DNA of 64,000 nt, from positions 128,001-192,000 of the forward strand of contig JBCBJQ010000001.1 of the NCBI GenBank assembly GCA_038523235.1, written 5' to 3'. Below are positions 41,546 through 51,428 of this stretch, piece after piece. The stretch is from Cyanobacteria bacterium J06626_4. Lineage in GTDB: Bacteria > Cyanobacteriota > Cyanobacteriia > Phormidesmidales > Phormidesmidaceae. The translations under genes and the position numbers were made by a program. The notes under the pieces were generated by a model, which saw nothing but the letters and a program-made list of their open reading frames with translations, ran no database searches and was not told where the DNA came from. The first letter of the stretch is position 1. Each line of letters starts with the position of its first letter.

Positions 41546-42249
41546 TGAGGTCTGAAGACCTCAACAGCGATAACTCATCTTTGAAACTGGAACGATATCA
41601 AGCCAAGACGGTGCAGGTTGATCGCCGCCGCGTTTACGAGATTAACGGGCATCAATATCCGGGCGTGACCACGGTGCTATCAGTCACCAAACCCGCTGAG
41701 GCCAGAAAAGCGCTGCAGGCTTGGCGGCAGCGAGTGGGTGTCGAAACTGCACAAGCGATTTCGAATAAAGCCTCTTCGGCAGGCACCCGCTTGCACAAAC
41801 AAATTGCGACCTATCTCCGGGATGAACCGATCGCCATTGCACCCGATTTGTCCGGCTATTGGCAGTCCATAGAGCCGCTGCTCAACCAAGTGGAGGAAGC
41901 ACTTTTGGTGGAGGGAGCCGTGTGGCACGAGCAGGGCTATGCCGGGTTTCCGGATGCGGTGGTGGTCTACCAAGGACGGGTGTGCGTCTGCGATTGGAAA
42001 ACCGCGATCAGACCGAAAAAGCTGGAATGGATTACGGATTACTTTCTCCAGGTCGCGGCCTACGCTACGGCAATTGAACAGGTTTATCAAGCGACCGGTA
42101 TTCAAATCGAAGGGGCCTTGATTGCGATCGCCTTAGATGACAGTCCGGCTCAAACCTTTTGGCTCAGCAATACCGACATCACTGACTACTGGCAGCAATT
42201 TCGGCAACGTCTCGCCGAATACTACACGATTCGCCCTCGACAGTTTTGA
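41542..42249 (+). CDS. PD-(D/E)XK exonuclease (MGME1/phage-exonuclease-like)
   Basis: Motifs YPGVTTVL, GTRLH, E, YAGFPD, DWKT and QVAAY. Confidence 0.85.
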   Translation: MMRSEDLNSDNSSLKLERYQAKTVQVDRRRVYEINGHQYPGVTTVLSVTKPAEARKALQAWRQRVGVETAQAISNKASSAGTRLHKQIATYLRDEPIAIAPDLSGYWQSIEPLLNQVEEALLVEGAVWHEQGYAGFPDAVVVYQGRVCVCDWKTAIRPKKLEWITDYFLQVAAYATAIEQVYQATGIQIEGALIAIALDDSPAQTFWLSNTDITDYWQQFRQRLAEYYTIRPRQF

Positions 42250-42271
42250 GCTCGACCTCAGAGATCCGGTT

Positions 42272-43261
42272 TCAACCTCTTGAGTCAGGATTTGAGCGTT
42301 TGGGGCGAGCGCCTTCGTGCTTTTCATAGGCAGCGACGATCCGCTGTACGAGGGGATGGCGCACCACATCTGCCTGAGTGAGCTGACAAAAGGCAATCCC
42401 TTCGACTCCGGCTAAAATTCGCTGAGCCACCGATAGCCCCGAAGACTGATTCATGGGCAGATCCGTTTGAGTCGTATCGCCCGTGACGACCATGCGAGAT
42501 TTAAAGCCTAACCGGGTCAACACCATTTTCATTTGAGCGGGTGTCGTGTTTTGCGCCTCATCGAGAATCACAAAAGCATTGTTTAGGGTACGCCCGCGCA
42601 TATAGGCCAAAGGAGCCACTTCGATAATGCCCCGCTCCATCAGACTGGCCGTTTTTTCAGGATCAATCAGCTCGTGCAGCGCATCGTAGAGAGGGCGCAA
42701 ATAGGGATTGACCTTTTGCTGCAGATCACCCGGCAAAAAGCCTAAGCGCTCACCAGCTTCCACCGCCGGACGAGTGAGGATCAGCCGCTCGTACTCGTCA
42801 TTAATCAACGCTTGCACGCCGACCATGGCCGCCAAAAAAGTTTTGCCCGTACCCGCCGGGCCGGAGCAAAAAATCAGATCATTTTTTTGCAGCGCTTGAA
42901 TGTATTTTCGCTGACGAAAAGTTTTAGCTCTGACCACCTCGCCGCGTCGGGTGCGCGTGACCGATTCACTCTGAATCGCCCGCAGCTCATCCAATTGGTC
43001 AGTATTGATCGCCTGTCGAGCAGTGAGAATATCGGCCCGACTGATGACAGTGCCTTGACTCCAAAGGGGCTCCAGCGCCATCACGATTTGCTTGGCCTGA
43101 GAAACGGTACTGGCCGTGCCAGAAAACAGCAGATCGCGGCCGCGTAAGACAATCTGAGCGCCCGACTGTTGAGACAGGAGTTTAATATTCTCGTTTTGAT
43201 GTCCGGAAAGGGCGATCGCACTATCCGACGAAGGCAGATCGATATGGGCTGTCTGCTGCAT
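42272..43261 (-). CDS. phoH: PhoH family ATPase
   Basis: Motifs GPAGTGKT, RPAVEAGERLGFLPGD, YMRGRTL and DEAQN. Confidence 0.95.
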   Translation of the reverse strand: MQQTAHIDLPSSDSAIALSGHQNENIKLLSQQSGAQIVLRGRDLLFSGTASTVSQAKQIVMALEPLWSQGTVISRADILTARQAINTDQLDELRAIQSESVTRTRRGEVVRAKTFRQRKYIQALQKNDLIFCSGPAGTGKTFLAAMVGVQALINDEYERLILTRPAVEAGERLGFLPGDLQQKVNPYLRPLYDALHELIDPEKTASLMERGIIEVAPLAYMRGRTLNNAFVILDEAQNTTPAQMKMVLTRLGFKSRMVVTGDTTQTDLPMNQSSGLSVAQRILAGVEGIAFCQLTQADVVRHPLVQRIVAAYEKHEGARPKRSNPDSRG

Positions 43262-43285
43262 GCATTAGCATCCCAGCGGGAAAGT

Positions 43286-43648
43286 TTAAGACTGTTTCTT
43301 TTTGGGTGGGGCTGGGCGTTCCCCTCGACGAGGTCGCGGCTGTCGTTCACCAGAACCGCCTTCATCCGAGCCAGAACGCGCCTGATGGGCCGACTCCCCG
43401 TAGACATCTAGAGAGACCTTCTGGTCGTATAGTGCCGCAGTCGCTTCGAGCACCGTGCGAATGGCCTGAATATTGCGGCCCCCGCGGCCAAACATCCGAC
43501 CGCGATCGTCGGCAGAGAAGGCAACTCGCAACAAGACGCGGTGCTTGTCACCCAGGAGTTCGATGTCAGTTTTAAGGTCGTCAGGAGAATCAAGGAAGGG
43601 CTTCATTAAGTAATGAACCAGCCCTTCGTAATCCGGTTTATCCGCCAT
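43286..43648 (-). CDS. khpA: KH-domain RNA-binding protein (KhpA)
   Basis: GRMFGRGGRNIQAIRT. Lies between rpsP and phoH. Confidence 0.85.
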   Translation of the reverse strand: MADKPDYEGLVHYLMKPFLDSPDDLKTDIELLGDKHRVLLRVAFSADDRGRMFGRGGRNIQAIRTVLEATAALYDQKVSLDVYGESAHQARSGSDEGGSGERQPRPRRGERPAPPKKKQS

Positions 43649-43688
43649 AGCTGCCAATCTCAATCTCGTTTCTAGATTTGCGGGGCTG

Positions 43689-43946
43689 TTATTCAGCCTC
43701 AGCCTTTAATTGCTCAAAGACATTCGCTTTCTCTAAAATGCGGCGCACTGTTGGAGTTGGCTGAGCCCCTTGCTGGAGACGACGAACAATACCGGGAACT
43801 TCCAGCCGAGTTTCTTTCGTGCGGGGGTTGTAGTAGCCCAGTTCCTCAAGGGGTAGACCATCGCGGCGAGTCGTGCTGGGCATCGCAACGATGCGATAGC
43901 TCACCTCACGCTTTTTACCAAATCGCTTCAAACGCAGCTTAATCAT
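43689..43946 (-). CDS. rpsP: 30S ribosomal protein S16
   Basis: Motifs [12 protein letters not shown] and [15 protein letters not shown]. Confidence 0.98.
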   Translation of the reverse strand: MIKLRLKRFGKKREVSYRIVAMPSTTRRDGLPLEELGYYNPRTKETRLEVPGIVRRLQQGAQPTPTVRRILEKANVFEQLKAEAE

Positions 43947-44276
43947 GAATGTTCAAATGCTTAATGACGCTAGTAACCGAAAACAGCAAACCCTTGATCG
44001 CTAGGGAACAAGCTTCTTGTTTGCAAGTCTCCTATTTTATCAGGCTAAGCCGGTGCTGTGTCAACTCGCCGGAATTCATCTTCAAGACTTTTAGGCGGAC
44101 AGCACCCTCATTTTCGGGTATAATTCAAATCTTGCGGGAGTGGATTCTCTTCCGCCAAGCTTGTCTGCTTAAGTGGCAGAGCATTTTGTATCGGGCCCAT
44201 GTCTCGTTTGTTAGCTCGGTCTTTGCGAACTAAGGAGAACACCCCATCACGGAGAAAACGGTAGGTAAACATTAGC

Positions 44277-45269
44277 ATGGTCAATCAGGTAGAGCAGAAG
44301 AAGGATGCAGACATTGGGTTTACCCATGATGATTTTGCAGCACTGTTAGATAAGTACGACTATCACTTCAGCCCAGGTGATACCGTCGCGGGTACGGTTT
44401 TCAGTTTGGAGCCTCGGGGTGCACTCATCGATATCGGTGCCAAGACTGCCGCCTACATCCCGATTCAGGAGATGTCGATCAACCGTGTTGAAGACCCTGA
44501 TGAGGTTCTGCAATCCGATGAGACGCGTGAGTTCTTCATTCTCACTGACGAAAACGAAGATGGCCAGCTCACTCTGTCGATTCGCCGCATCGAGTATATG
44601 CGCGCTTGGGAGCGAGTGCGTCAGCTGCAGCAAGAAGACGCGACGGTGCGCTCAGAAGTGTTTGCTACTAACCGAGGCGGTGCCTTGGTTCGCATTGAAG
44701 GGCTACGGGGCTTTATTCCCGGTTCGCATATCAGCACTCGCAAACCTAAAGAAGATTTGGTGAGCGAAGAGCTGCCCCTTAAGTTCTTAGAAGTCGATGA
44801 AGAGCGTAATCGCCTCGTTCTTAGCCATCGTCGAGCGCTGGTTGAGCGTAAGATGAACGGCCTCGAAGTTGGCGAAGTGGTTTTAGGCACGGTACGTGGC
44901 CTGAAGCCCTATGGTGCGTTCATTGATATCGGTGGCGTCAGCGGTCTGCTACACATCTCCGAAATTTCCCATGACCACATTGATACGCCCCACAGCGTGT
45001 TCAACGTCAATGACGAAATCAAGGTGATGATTATTGACCTGGATGCTGAGCGGGGCCGCATCTCGCTGTCAACGAAGCAGCTTGAGCCGGAACCCGGTGA
45101 CATGGTCAAAAATCCTGACTTGGTATTTGAGAAGGCTGAAGAGATGGCCGAGAAATATCGGGAGCAGCTGCTCAAAAAGGCAGAAGCCGAAGCTGCTGAG
45201 GCAGCCGGTGGCAGTGAACCCGCATACTCTGAAGAAGACGTTGAGTTTTCTGCCACTGAAGAAGATTAA
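44277..45269 (+). CDS. rpsA: 30S ribosomal protein S1 (cyanobacterial three-domain type)
   Basis: S1 repeats IDIGAKTAA, GFIPGSHIS and GLLHISEISH. Confidence 0.96.
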   Translation: MVNQVEQKKDADIGFTHDDFAALLDKYDYHFSPGDTVAGTVFSLEPRGALIDIGAKTAAYIPIQEMSINRVEDPDEVLQSDETREFFILTDENEDGQLTLSIRRIEYMRAWERVRQLQQEDATVRSEVFATNRGGALVRIEGLRGFIPGSHISTRKPKEDLVSEELPLKFLEVDEERNRLVLSHRRALVERKMNGLEVGEVVLGTVRGLKPYGAFIDIGGVSGLLHISEISHDHIDTPHSVFNVNDEIKVMIIDLDAERGRISLSTKQLEPEPGDMVKNPDLVFEKAEEMAEKYREQLLKKAEAEAAEAAGGSEPAYSEEDVEFSATEED

Positions 45270-45305
45270 CGCGCTCTGCTTTACCTGAGCATTTCGAGCT
45301 ATCCG

Positions 45306-45340
45306 AAAGAGCCGTGACCTTGTGTTGCGGCTCTTTTTTT
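45306..45340 (+). terminator. Rho-independent terminator after rpsA
   Basis: AAAGAGCCGTGAC...GTTGCGGCTCTTTTTTT. Confidence 0.8.
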
Positions 45341-45419
45341 AGCCCTGAAGCTCGGATGAGCCGCATCCCTGATAATGGTTTGGACTGCGTTCGTTGAATC
45401 GGAGCTGAGCAGAACGTTG

Positions 45420-46181
45420 ATGGTGACCGTGCGATGTCGAGACCTCACTTTTGAGAATATTGCCGCCATCCTGTGGGACAAGGATGGTACGCTCGCCGAC
45501 TCGCATCAGTTTTTGAGGCGGCTGGCCGAGGCACGATCGCAGACGTTAGCCCATCAATTCCCCAACATTCGAGTGCCTCTAATGGCGGCATTTGGTTGCC
45601 CTGACGGCCAATACGATCCCGCTGGTTTAATGGCCGTTGGCACCCGCTACGAAAACGAAATTGCTGCCGCCACTTATATCGCGGCCACCGGCACCCCCTG
45701 GGGAGAGGCCGTCAGCTTGGCCCAACTCGCCTTTGTAGAGAGCGATCGCAGCTTTACTCGCAAAGCCGACTTCACCCCGCCTTTCCCCAAGATTCCTGAG
45801 CTTTTGCGTCAAGGGCACCAACAGGGGCTCAAACAAGTCGTGCTTTCTGGCGACACGACCAATAATATTGCCGATTTTCTCAGTCGCTATGATCTTCATA
45901 AAGCTGTGGACAGCTGGGCTGGCAGTGAAACACCACCGGTAAAGCCCGATCCGCAGATGGTTTGGACAGCCTGTGAGCAACTCGGCATCTTGCCAGACAA
46001 CTGCCTGGTCATTGGCGACTCCGAGGTGGATCATCAACTGGCTTGTCGCAGCGGCTGTCGTGGTTTTATCAGCGTCACCTGGGGCGGCAGTCCGGCGATC
46101 GCTGGAGCCGATGCGGTTTTAGAACAGCCTCAGCAGTGTCAGATCGGTATCCTCAATCCAAACCTTGAAAAGGAGGCGTGA
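45420..46181 (+). CDS. HAD family hydrolase
   Basis: Motifs DKDGTL, KPDP and VIGDSEVD. Confidence 0.9.
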   Translation: MVTVRCRDLTFENIAAILWDKDGTLADSHQFLRRLAEARSQTLAHQFPNIRVPLMAAFGCPDGQYDPAGLMAVGTRYENEIAAATYIAATGTPWGEAVSLAQLAFVESDRSFTRKADFTPPFPKIPELLRQGHQQGLKQVVLSGDTTNNIADFLSRYDLHKAVDSWAGSETPPVKPDPQMVWTACEQLGILPDNCLVIGDSEVDHQLACRSGCRGFISVTWGGSPAIAGADAVLEQPQQCQIGILNPNLEKEA

Positions 46182-46186
46182 TCACC

Positions 46187-46759
46187 ATGACCGAATCCCT
46201 TTGGGCACTCAAAGAATGGGCGATCGCGGTACAGGCGTTGGGCGCTGGCGACCTGATTTTGCTGGTGCGAAAGGGCGGCATCCATGAATCACGGCGCTCA
46301 TTCAACATGCCCTGTGATCGAGCCCTGTTATTTCCCACCTACGAACATCAGCAGGCCAGCGCTCTGCGATCGCCGTTTCAATCAGCGATGACGCCACAGG
46401 CAGTTCCGGCACTAGGCGACGGGATGTCTTTGCAGTACTGGGCCGAGATAACACACCAGCTGCCGTTGGCAGAACAGGGAATTGTAGAAGCCCTGCAGCC
46501 GTTCCATATCTGGACAGACGATTGGCTAGTCGAGCGCCTCGCTTGGCAGCCAGAACGCCCCGCCTATGCGCTGTTGTTACGCGTGCAGCGACTGGTGGCT
46601 CCGGTGGACATTACCTATCAGGCGCACCATCAAGGCTGTCGTTCTTGGATTAACCTGCAGGATGAGACGACCGAATTGCCCAACGGTGTTCCTGTCTTGT
46701 CTGATCAAGACTACTACCGGCAAGTGACTCAAATTCAAGCGGCGATCGCCGGGGAATAA
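46187..46759 (+). CDS. DUF1802 family protein
   Basis: Motifs ALKEWA, RKGGIHE, LFPTYEHQ and GCRSW. Confidence 0.88.
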   Translation: MTESLWALKEWAIAVQALGAGDLILLVRKGGIHESRRSFNMPCDRALLFPTYEHQQASALRSPFQSAMTPQAVPALGDGMSLQYWAEITHQLPLAEQGIVEALQPFHIWTDDWLVERLAWQPERPAYALLLRVQRLVAPVDITYQAHHQGCRSWINLQDETTELPNGVPVLSDQDYYRQVTQIQAAIAGE

Positions 46760-46876
46760 CGACAGCAAACTGTAACGAAACTCTTACCACAGGCTGGGGG
46801 AGTGGGGAAGCGGGGAGCGATGACTACTTTTGGGATGATGAATTGTCAGACAGTTTTGCAACGCCACCCATTCCAA

Positions 46877-46908
46877 AATGATTCCGAGCATCAATGATTC
46901 CGAACATC
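46877..46908. repeat. 16-bp tandem duplication
   Basis: AATGATTCCGAGCATC AATGATTCCGAACATC (1 mismatch). Confidence 0.75.
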
Positions 46909-47151
46909 ACGGACACGTACCCAGTTGATTTTGCTTCAGCCAAATCTGTAATAGAGCAAACCCAAGCTCTTTACATAGGAATGTTGAAAAACCAGTAATC
47001 GAGAACCCTAGCAGTCATCCGTAAAACTCATTAAGAATTGCAATAAGGTTTGCGGTGCGATAGTTTGCAGAAATTGGTTGTGAAATAATCCTCACTCAAA
47101 TGCTTGTTTAGCTGGGGCTGGCTCAGCACAATTTTTGGGGAGATTCTGTTT

Positions 47152-48222
47152 GTGTTTAACCTGAAACTGTTGTTTTGCGGGACGGTTGCAATTTCCCCCG
47201 TGTTTGTCGAGGCCGTCGCCGCTGCCACCTTTGAGTACGGGGAAACCGCAGCCCAGGAAACCTACTTCCTCTCCTCTGAACTAGCTGGTCGCAGTGTCGG
47301 CTCTGCCCAGGAAGCTGCCACTGTGCAGTACCTCAGCGATCGCTTGGTGGAACTAGGCTACACCCCTACCCTCCAGCCCTTCACCTACGATTTTCAGGGC
47401 ACCTCCCTGACCTCCTACAACGTGATCGCTGAACGTCAGGGCACCTCTGACAAACACATCATTCTCGGGGCTCACTACGACACTGACCCCAGTAGCGCAA
47501 CGTTAGATCGTTCAGCCCTAGAAGGCACCAACGATAATGCCTCTGGGGTTGGTGTGCTGTTGGAACTAGCCGAACGGCAGGTGCTAGACCCGACTGTAAC
47601 CAGTAAGTTTGTCTTCTTTGGGGCCGAAGAGATTGGCCTCGTGGGCTCGGAGTTTTATGCCAACACCCTCTCAGGAGCTGAAATTGCCAATAGCCTGTTC
47701 ATGCTCAACCTCGACAGTCTGGTGTTTGGTGATTTCATGTATTTCAATGCCGGACGGGGCGCGGTGGATAACCCAGACTGGTTCCAGTACCGCGACCTAG
47801 CTTTAGAAATTGCCGCCGAAAATGGCATTGATGCCCGCACCAATCCGGGGCTAAACAATTTTTATCCTGCCGGAACCGGCTGTTGTAGCGATTTAGAATC
47901 CTTCGACTTCTTGATGCCGGTACTGGCTGCCGAGGCAACTAACTGGAGCATCGGTGATCTTGATGGTTTCACCCAAACTGCCGATCCCCGCGTTCCCAAT
48001 GGCCGCACCTGGCACGATCCGGCAACGGATAACCAGGCGTTTATCAACGAGATTTTTCCTGGTCTGATTGAGCAGCGTACCCGCGACTACACCCTCGTGC
48101 TAGACAAGCTCGTCGGTGAGGTGAATGCCAGCTATGTTTCGGTGCCGGAGCCCATGAGCACGGCGGCGTTATTGCTGGTGGCAACGGGAGGCGGCCTGAT
48201 GATGCGGCGACGGCGAGCTTAG
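47152..48222 (+). CDS. M28 family aminopeptidase (Iap-like) with a PEP-CTERM sorting domain
   Basis: Motifs GAHYD, DNASG, GAEE, NLD, SD and WHD. C-terminus VPEP + TM + RRRR. GTG start with GGGGAG RBS. Confidence 0.88.
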   Translation: MFNLKLLFCGTVAISPVFVEAVAAATFEYGETAAQETYFLSSELAGRSVGSAQEAATVQYLSDRLVELGYTPTLQPFTYDFQGTSLTSYNVIAERQGTSDKHIILGAHYDTDPSSATLDRSALEGTNDNASGVGVLLELAERQVLDPTVTSKFVFFGAEEIGLVGSEFYANTLSGAEIANSLFMLNLDSLVFGDFMYFNAGRGAVDNPDWFQYRDLALEIAAENGIDARTNPGLNNFYPAGTGCCSDLESFDFLMPVLAAEATNWSIGDLDGFTQTADPRVPNGRTWHDPATDNQAFINEIFPGLIEQRTRDYTLVLDKLVGEVNASYVSVPEPMSTAALLLVATGGGLMMRRRRA

Positions 48223-48271
48223 CCGCCGGCCCGATGAAGAGTTTGGCGGCGGCTACGGCTTAAGTGTCGTT

Positions 48272-48546
48272 GATACGATTTGGGTTTTGAAACGCTACAG
48301 ATTTCAGGCCGCCTGGAGGCACATCCCTGCCGAGGCCAGAGCCTATACGATTCATAGCGTTGCCTGAAGAACCGAAGAGCCTCTTTGGTCAGTTATCTGA
48401 GCGGTTGGTCTAAGACTTGCGGCAACTCTTCTAAATCGAGGCAATACCGGTTCGTGAATCACAATTTTGCTGACGCCACTCATCACCAAAACCTCAATCT
48501 CAATGCCCTCATATGATCTGAGGCGTCTTAAAGCCCAATTCGTATC
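48272..48546. mobile_element. MITE-like element with 31-bp imperfect terminal inverted repeats
   Basis: GATACGATTTGGGTTTTGAAACGCTACAGAT versus reverse complement of the right end GATACGAATTGGGCTTTAAGACGCCTCAGAT (25/31). Interior is non-coding. Confidence 0.6.
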
Positions 48547-48604
48547 CCCTGGAAATGCTGGAGAAGCCGGTTAAGGAAAGTTGTTTTGAAGGATAGGTAT
48601 GGCA

Positions 48605-50014
48605 TTATAGAGAACTGGGTTTTTGTGGCGCAATCAGGGCCTGCATCGAAGTTTGCAGATCGGCAGTGAGGTCAGTGATCGCCTGACGTCGGTTGTCTTT
48701 GTAGGCAGGCCAGCGATCGCTGACTGAGAGCGGTTGCCCCACCGACAGGTAAGCGATCTGATGCCCCAAAGCCGGACGCGGAAACGGATTTTCGCCCTTG
48801 ATGCGCACTACTGTGTCTCTGACTAACAGCAGCGTTTCGGCAAAGCGCTCCACTGTGGGTTTTTCTTTGACGTAGGTGCCCGTCACGGCGACAAAACTTT
48901 CGACCAATCGCATGTGCCACATGCGCAAGGCCGCTTCTTCGGCAACGCGATCAGCTAACCCGTGCTCGACTGCCGAGAGCGGATGATCAGCCTTCAAATC
49001 TTCCCGGTAGATCCAATCCCAACCGGCCTGTTCAATTTTGCGGCAGCGATCGATGACGCTCCCTTTAGGGACGATATGAAAGAATGATTCCGCCACCTGC
49101 AGAGCTGAATTTAACAGGCGATTGAGCCGAAACGCCAGCTCGTTTTCCCCCTGCTGAGCGGTAAAATCGACCTCGTCGAAGGCAACCTGAAAAAAGTCCG
49201 TATAGTAAGACTCCATGATTTCTAACAGGCGGTAGCCCAGCTGCAGCAATCGTGGATAAAGGGCAGCGGCGAGCTCGGTGGGATCACTGGCTGGCGGCGC
49301 CGCTGCCGTGGTCTTAGCAATCCCCAGTTCGGCCTCTAAAGTGGTCAGCAGTTTCGTCAGGGCACCCCAGGGCGCATCTTGATAAAAATATTGGATGCCC
49401 AACGGCACGATGAAGACTTTTTCTGAGCGCTGCGCTTTCTGCAGGTCATCGACGCACCAAAACCCAAACTGGGCAATGCCGGGTTCAAAGGGACTGATGA
49501 TTTCGGTGTGACCGTTGTTGGCACCTTCGGGAGCCGCCGCCAGGGGAAATTGCCCTTGAGCGAAAAGACGACGGGCTGACTTGAGCCCCTGTCGATCAAC
49601 CTTGCCGCGCTGAATCGAAGTGCCCCCCAAGCGGGAGTAAAACCAGCCAACGCCGTCACCAGCCCAGAGAGGAATGCCGCGATCGTAGATGAAATGTACG
49701 TGGGGCGATCGCGGTAGCGGCTTACCCACTTTACGGCTCACTGCTGGGAGCTGGTGCCACAACAGGTTCATCAAACAGTAGGCATCATCAGGGCTGGGGT
49801 GACGGAATGCGATTAAAAATCGAGCGTCACCCGCCTGAAACTGATGGAACAGGTCAACAAGCACTTCAGCGCCTTGAATATCAAGCTTTTTGACGCTACT
49901 TTTCCACCAGAGCCAGAATGGCAGCAGGGTTTTCGTTGCCCAAAGCACTTTGGGGTCAAACTCAGGCGGCAAAAATTCTAATGGCGGCTGCGCGCCATGG
50001 AGCATGCTGGTCAT
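48605..50014 (-). CDS. Phospholipid/glycerol acyltransferase (PlsC-like)
   Basis: HxxxxD motif RHPSPDD, plus APEG, GIAQ and IVPLGIQY. Confidence 0.85.
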   Translation of the reverse strand: MTSMLHGAQPPLEFLPPEFDPKVLWATKTLLPFWLWWKSSVKKLDIQGAEVLVDLFHQFQAGDARFLIAFRHPSPDDAYCLMNLLWHQLPAVSRKVGKPLPRSPHVHFIYDRGIPLWAGDGVGWFYSRLGGTSIQRGKVDRQGLKSARRLFAQGQFPLAAAPEGANNGHTEIISPFEPGIAQFGFWCVDDLQKAQRSEKVFIVPLGIQYFYQDAPWGALTKLLTTLEAELGIAKTTAAAPPASDPTELAAALYPRLLQLGYRLLEIMESYYTDFFQVAFDEVDFTAQQGENELAFRLNRLLNSALQVAESFFHIVPKGSVIDRCRKIEQAGWDWIYREDLKADHPLSAVEHGLADRVAEEAALRMWHMRLVESFVAVTGTYVKEKPTVERFAETLLLVRDTVVRIKGENPFPRPALGHQIAYLSVGQPLSVSDRWPAYKDNRRQAITDLTADLQTSMQALIAPQKPSSL

Positions 50015-50134
50015 AGCCAATCCTGGTAGAGGTGAGAGCCAAATACAAGATGGGTGTGCTTAAGTTTAGGTGATGGGTTCGCCAGTCAGGCATGCCGTGT
50101 TAAGGACTGTTGATGTCACCTCAGCCGCTTTGCC

Positions 50135-51235
50135 TTAATCGGCACAGCGCTGATATTGCTGAGTCCCTGGTAGGCTGCTGACCAATCCCATCAGCTCTAG
50201 CTGTGTCAACGCACTCAAAATATCTCCGGTGGATAGCTCCGTCACCTGCTGCACGATCTCATCCAGCGATCGCGCTTCGGGCACCACGGCCTGAAAGACG
50301 GTCTGTAGCGGCGGCGCTAAGCTCGGCAAAGGCTTGACGGTGGGGCCTGAGGCAGCGACAGGAATCGCCCCGAGCGCTTCAATCAGCGTATCTTCGCGCA
50401 AAATCATCTGCGCCCCCTGACTCAAAATATCTAAGCAGCCATGACAACGCACATTGTCTAGCGTGCCGGGCAGGGCAAACACGTCGCGGCCATAATCGTT
50501 CGCCAATCGGGCCGTGATCAGCGCCCCTGACTTACGCGGGGCTTCCGTCACCAACACGGCACGACTCAGCCCAGCAATGATGCGGTTACGCCGAGGAAAA
50601 TGTACTCGTTCGGGCTGGGTGCCGGGGGGATGCTCACTCAGCAGTAACCCCGATCGCGCGATCGCCTGATGCAAATCTTGATTGCGATAGGGGTACACGA
50701 CATCAACCCCTGTCCCTAAAACGGCGATGGTCGCACCGTCTACGTCTAAACAGCTTTGGTGGGCATCGCGGTCAATGCCGGCGGCCAGACCGGACAGAAT
50801 CAAAAATCCCGCGCGGCTCAGGGTTTTAGTGATGCGCCGCGTCCAGCGTTTGCCATAGTCTGACGGACTGCGGGTGCCGACGACGCCCACTCCCGGTCGC
50901 CGCTGACAAGCCGACAGTAGATCTAGATTGCCCTGGTAATAAAGTACCGGAGGCGGATCAGGGATTTCATACAGCAGATCGGGATAGGCCGCATCAGCTG
51001 GCGTCACAAACTCACCGGGGGCCGTTGCTACCTGACTCAAATCGAGTTGAGAGCGGTGTTCGGCGATCGCCCACCCCAACTTCAGCCCGATGCCCTCAAC
51101 CGCCAAGAGTTGATCCGGTGAGGCTGCCCAGGCCGCTTCTAGGGAACCAAAGTGCACGGCCAATCGCTTTTGTAAGATGGGCCCTAACCCGGGAATCTGG
51201 CCTAAGGCAAACCACAATGCTCGTTCTTGAGACAC
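50135..51235 (-). CDS. dprA: DNA-processing protein DprA
   Basis: Motifs VVGTRSPSDYG, SGLAAGID, FPRRNRIIAGLS and SGALITA, and a C-terminal wHTH. GTG start chosen; ORF is open back to 51424. Confidence 0.93.
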   Translation of the reverse strand: MSQERALWFALGQIPGLGPILQKRLAVHFGSLEAAWAASPDQLLAVEGIGLKLGWAIAEHRSQLDLSQVATAPGEFVTPADAAYPDLLYEIPDPPPVLYYQGNLDLLSACQRRPGVGVVGTRSPSDYGKRWTRRITKTLSRAGFLILSGLAAGIDRDAHQSCLDVDGATIAVLGTGVDVVYPYRNQDLHQAIARSGLLLSEHPPGTQPERVHFPRRNRIIAGLSRAVLVTEAPRKSGALITARLANDYGRDVFALPGTLDNVRCHGCLDILSQGAQMILREDTLIEALGAIPVAASGPTVKPLPSLAPPLQTVFQAVVPEARSLDEIVQQVTELSTGDILSALTQLELMGLVSSLPGTQQYQRCAD

Positions 51236-51428
51236 CGCTGTGCTCCCTGCATCAATGGGTTTAGGATGCCCCAGGGAGGGGTGGCAGACACAGCGGGAGA
51301 GGCGGAACCATGCCCGTCTGCGGGTTCTCTCAACTGAGTCTGAATTCGCATGCGGCAAGCGATGCATAGTCGAAGGGATGACCCGCCCTAGTCGCGACGG
51401 CAGCCCGGTCGCGATGGCACTCATGCCT

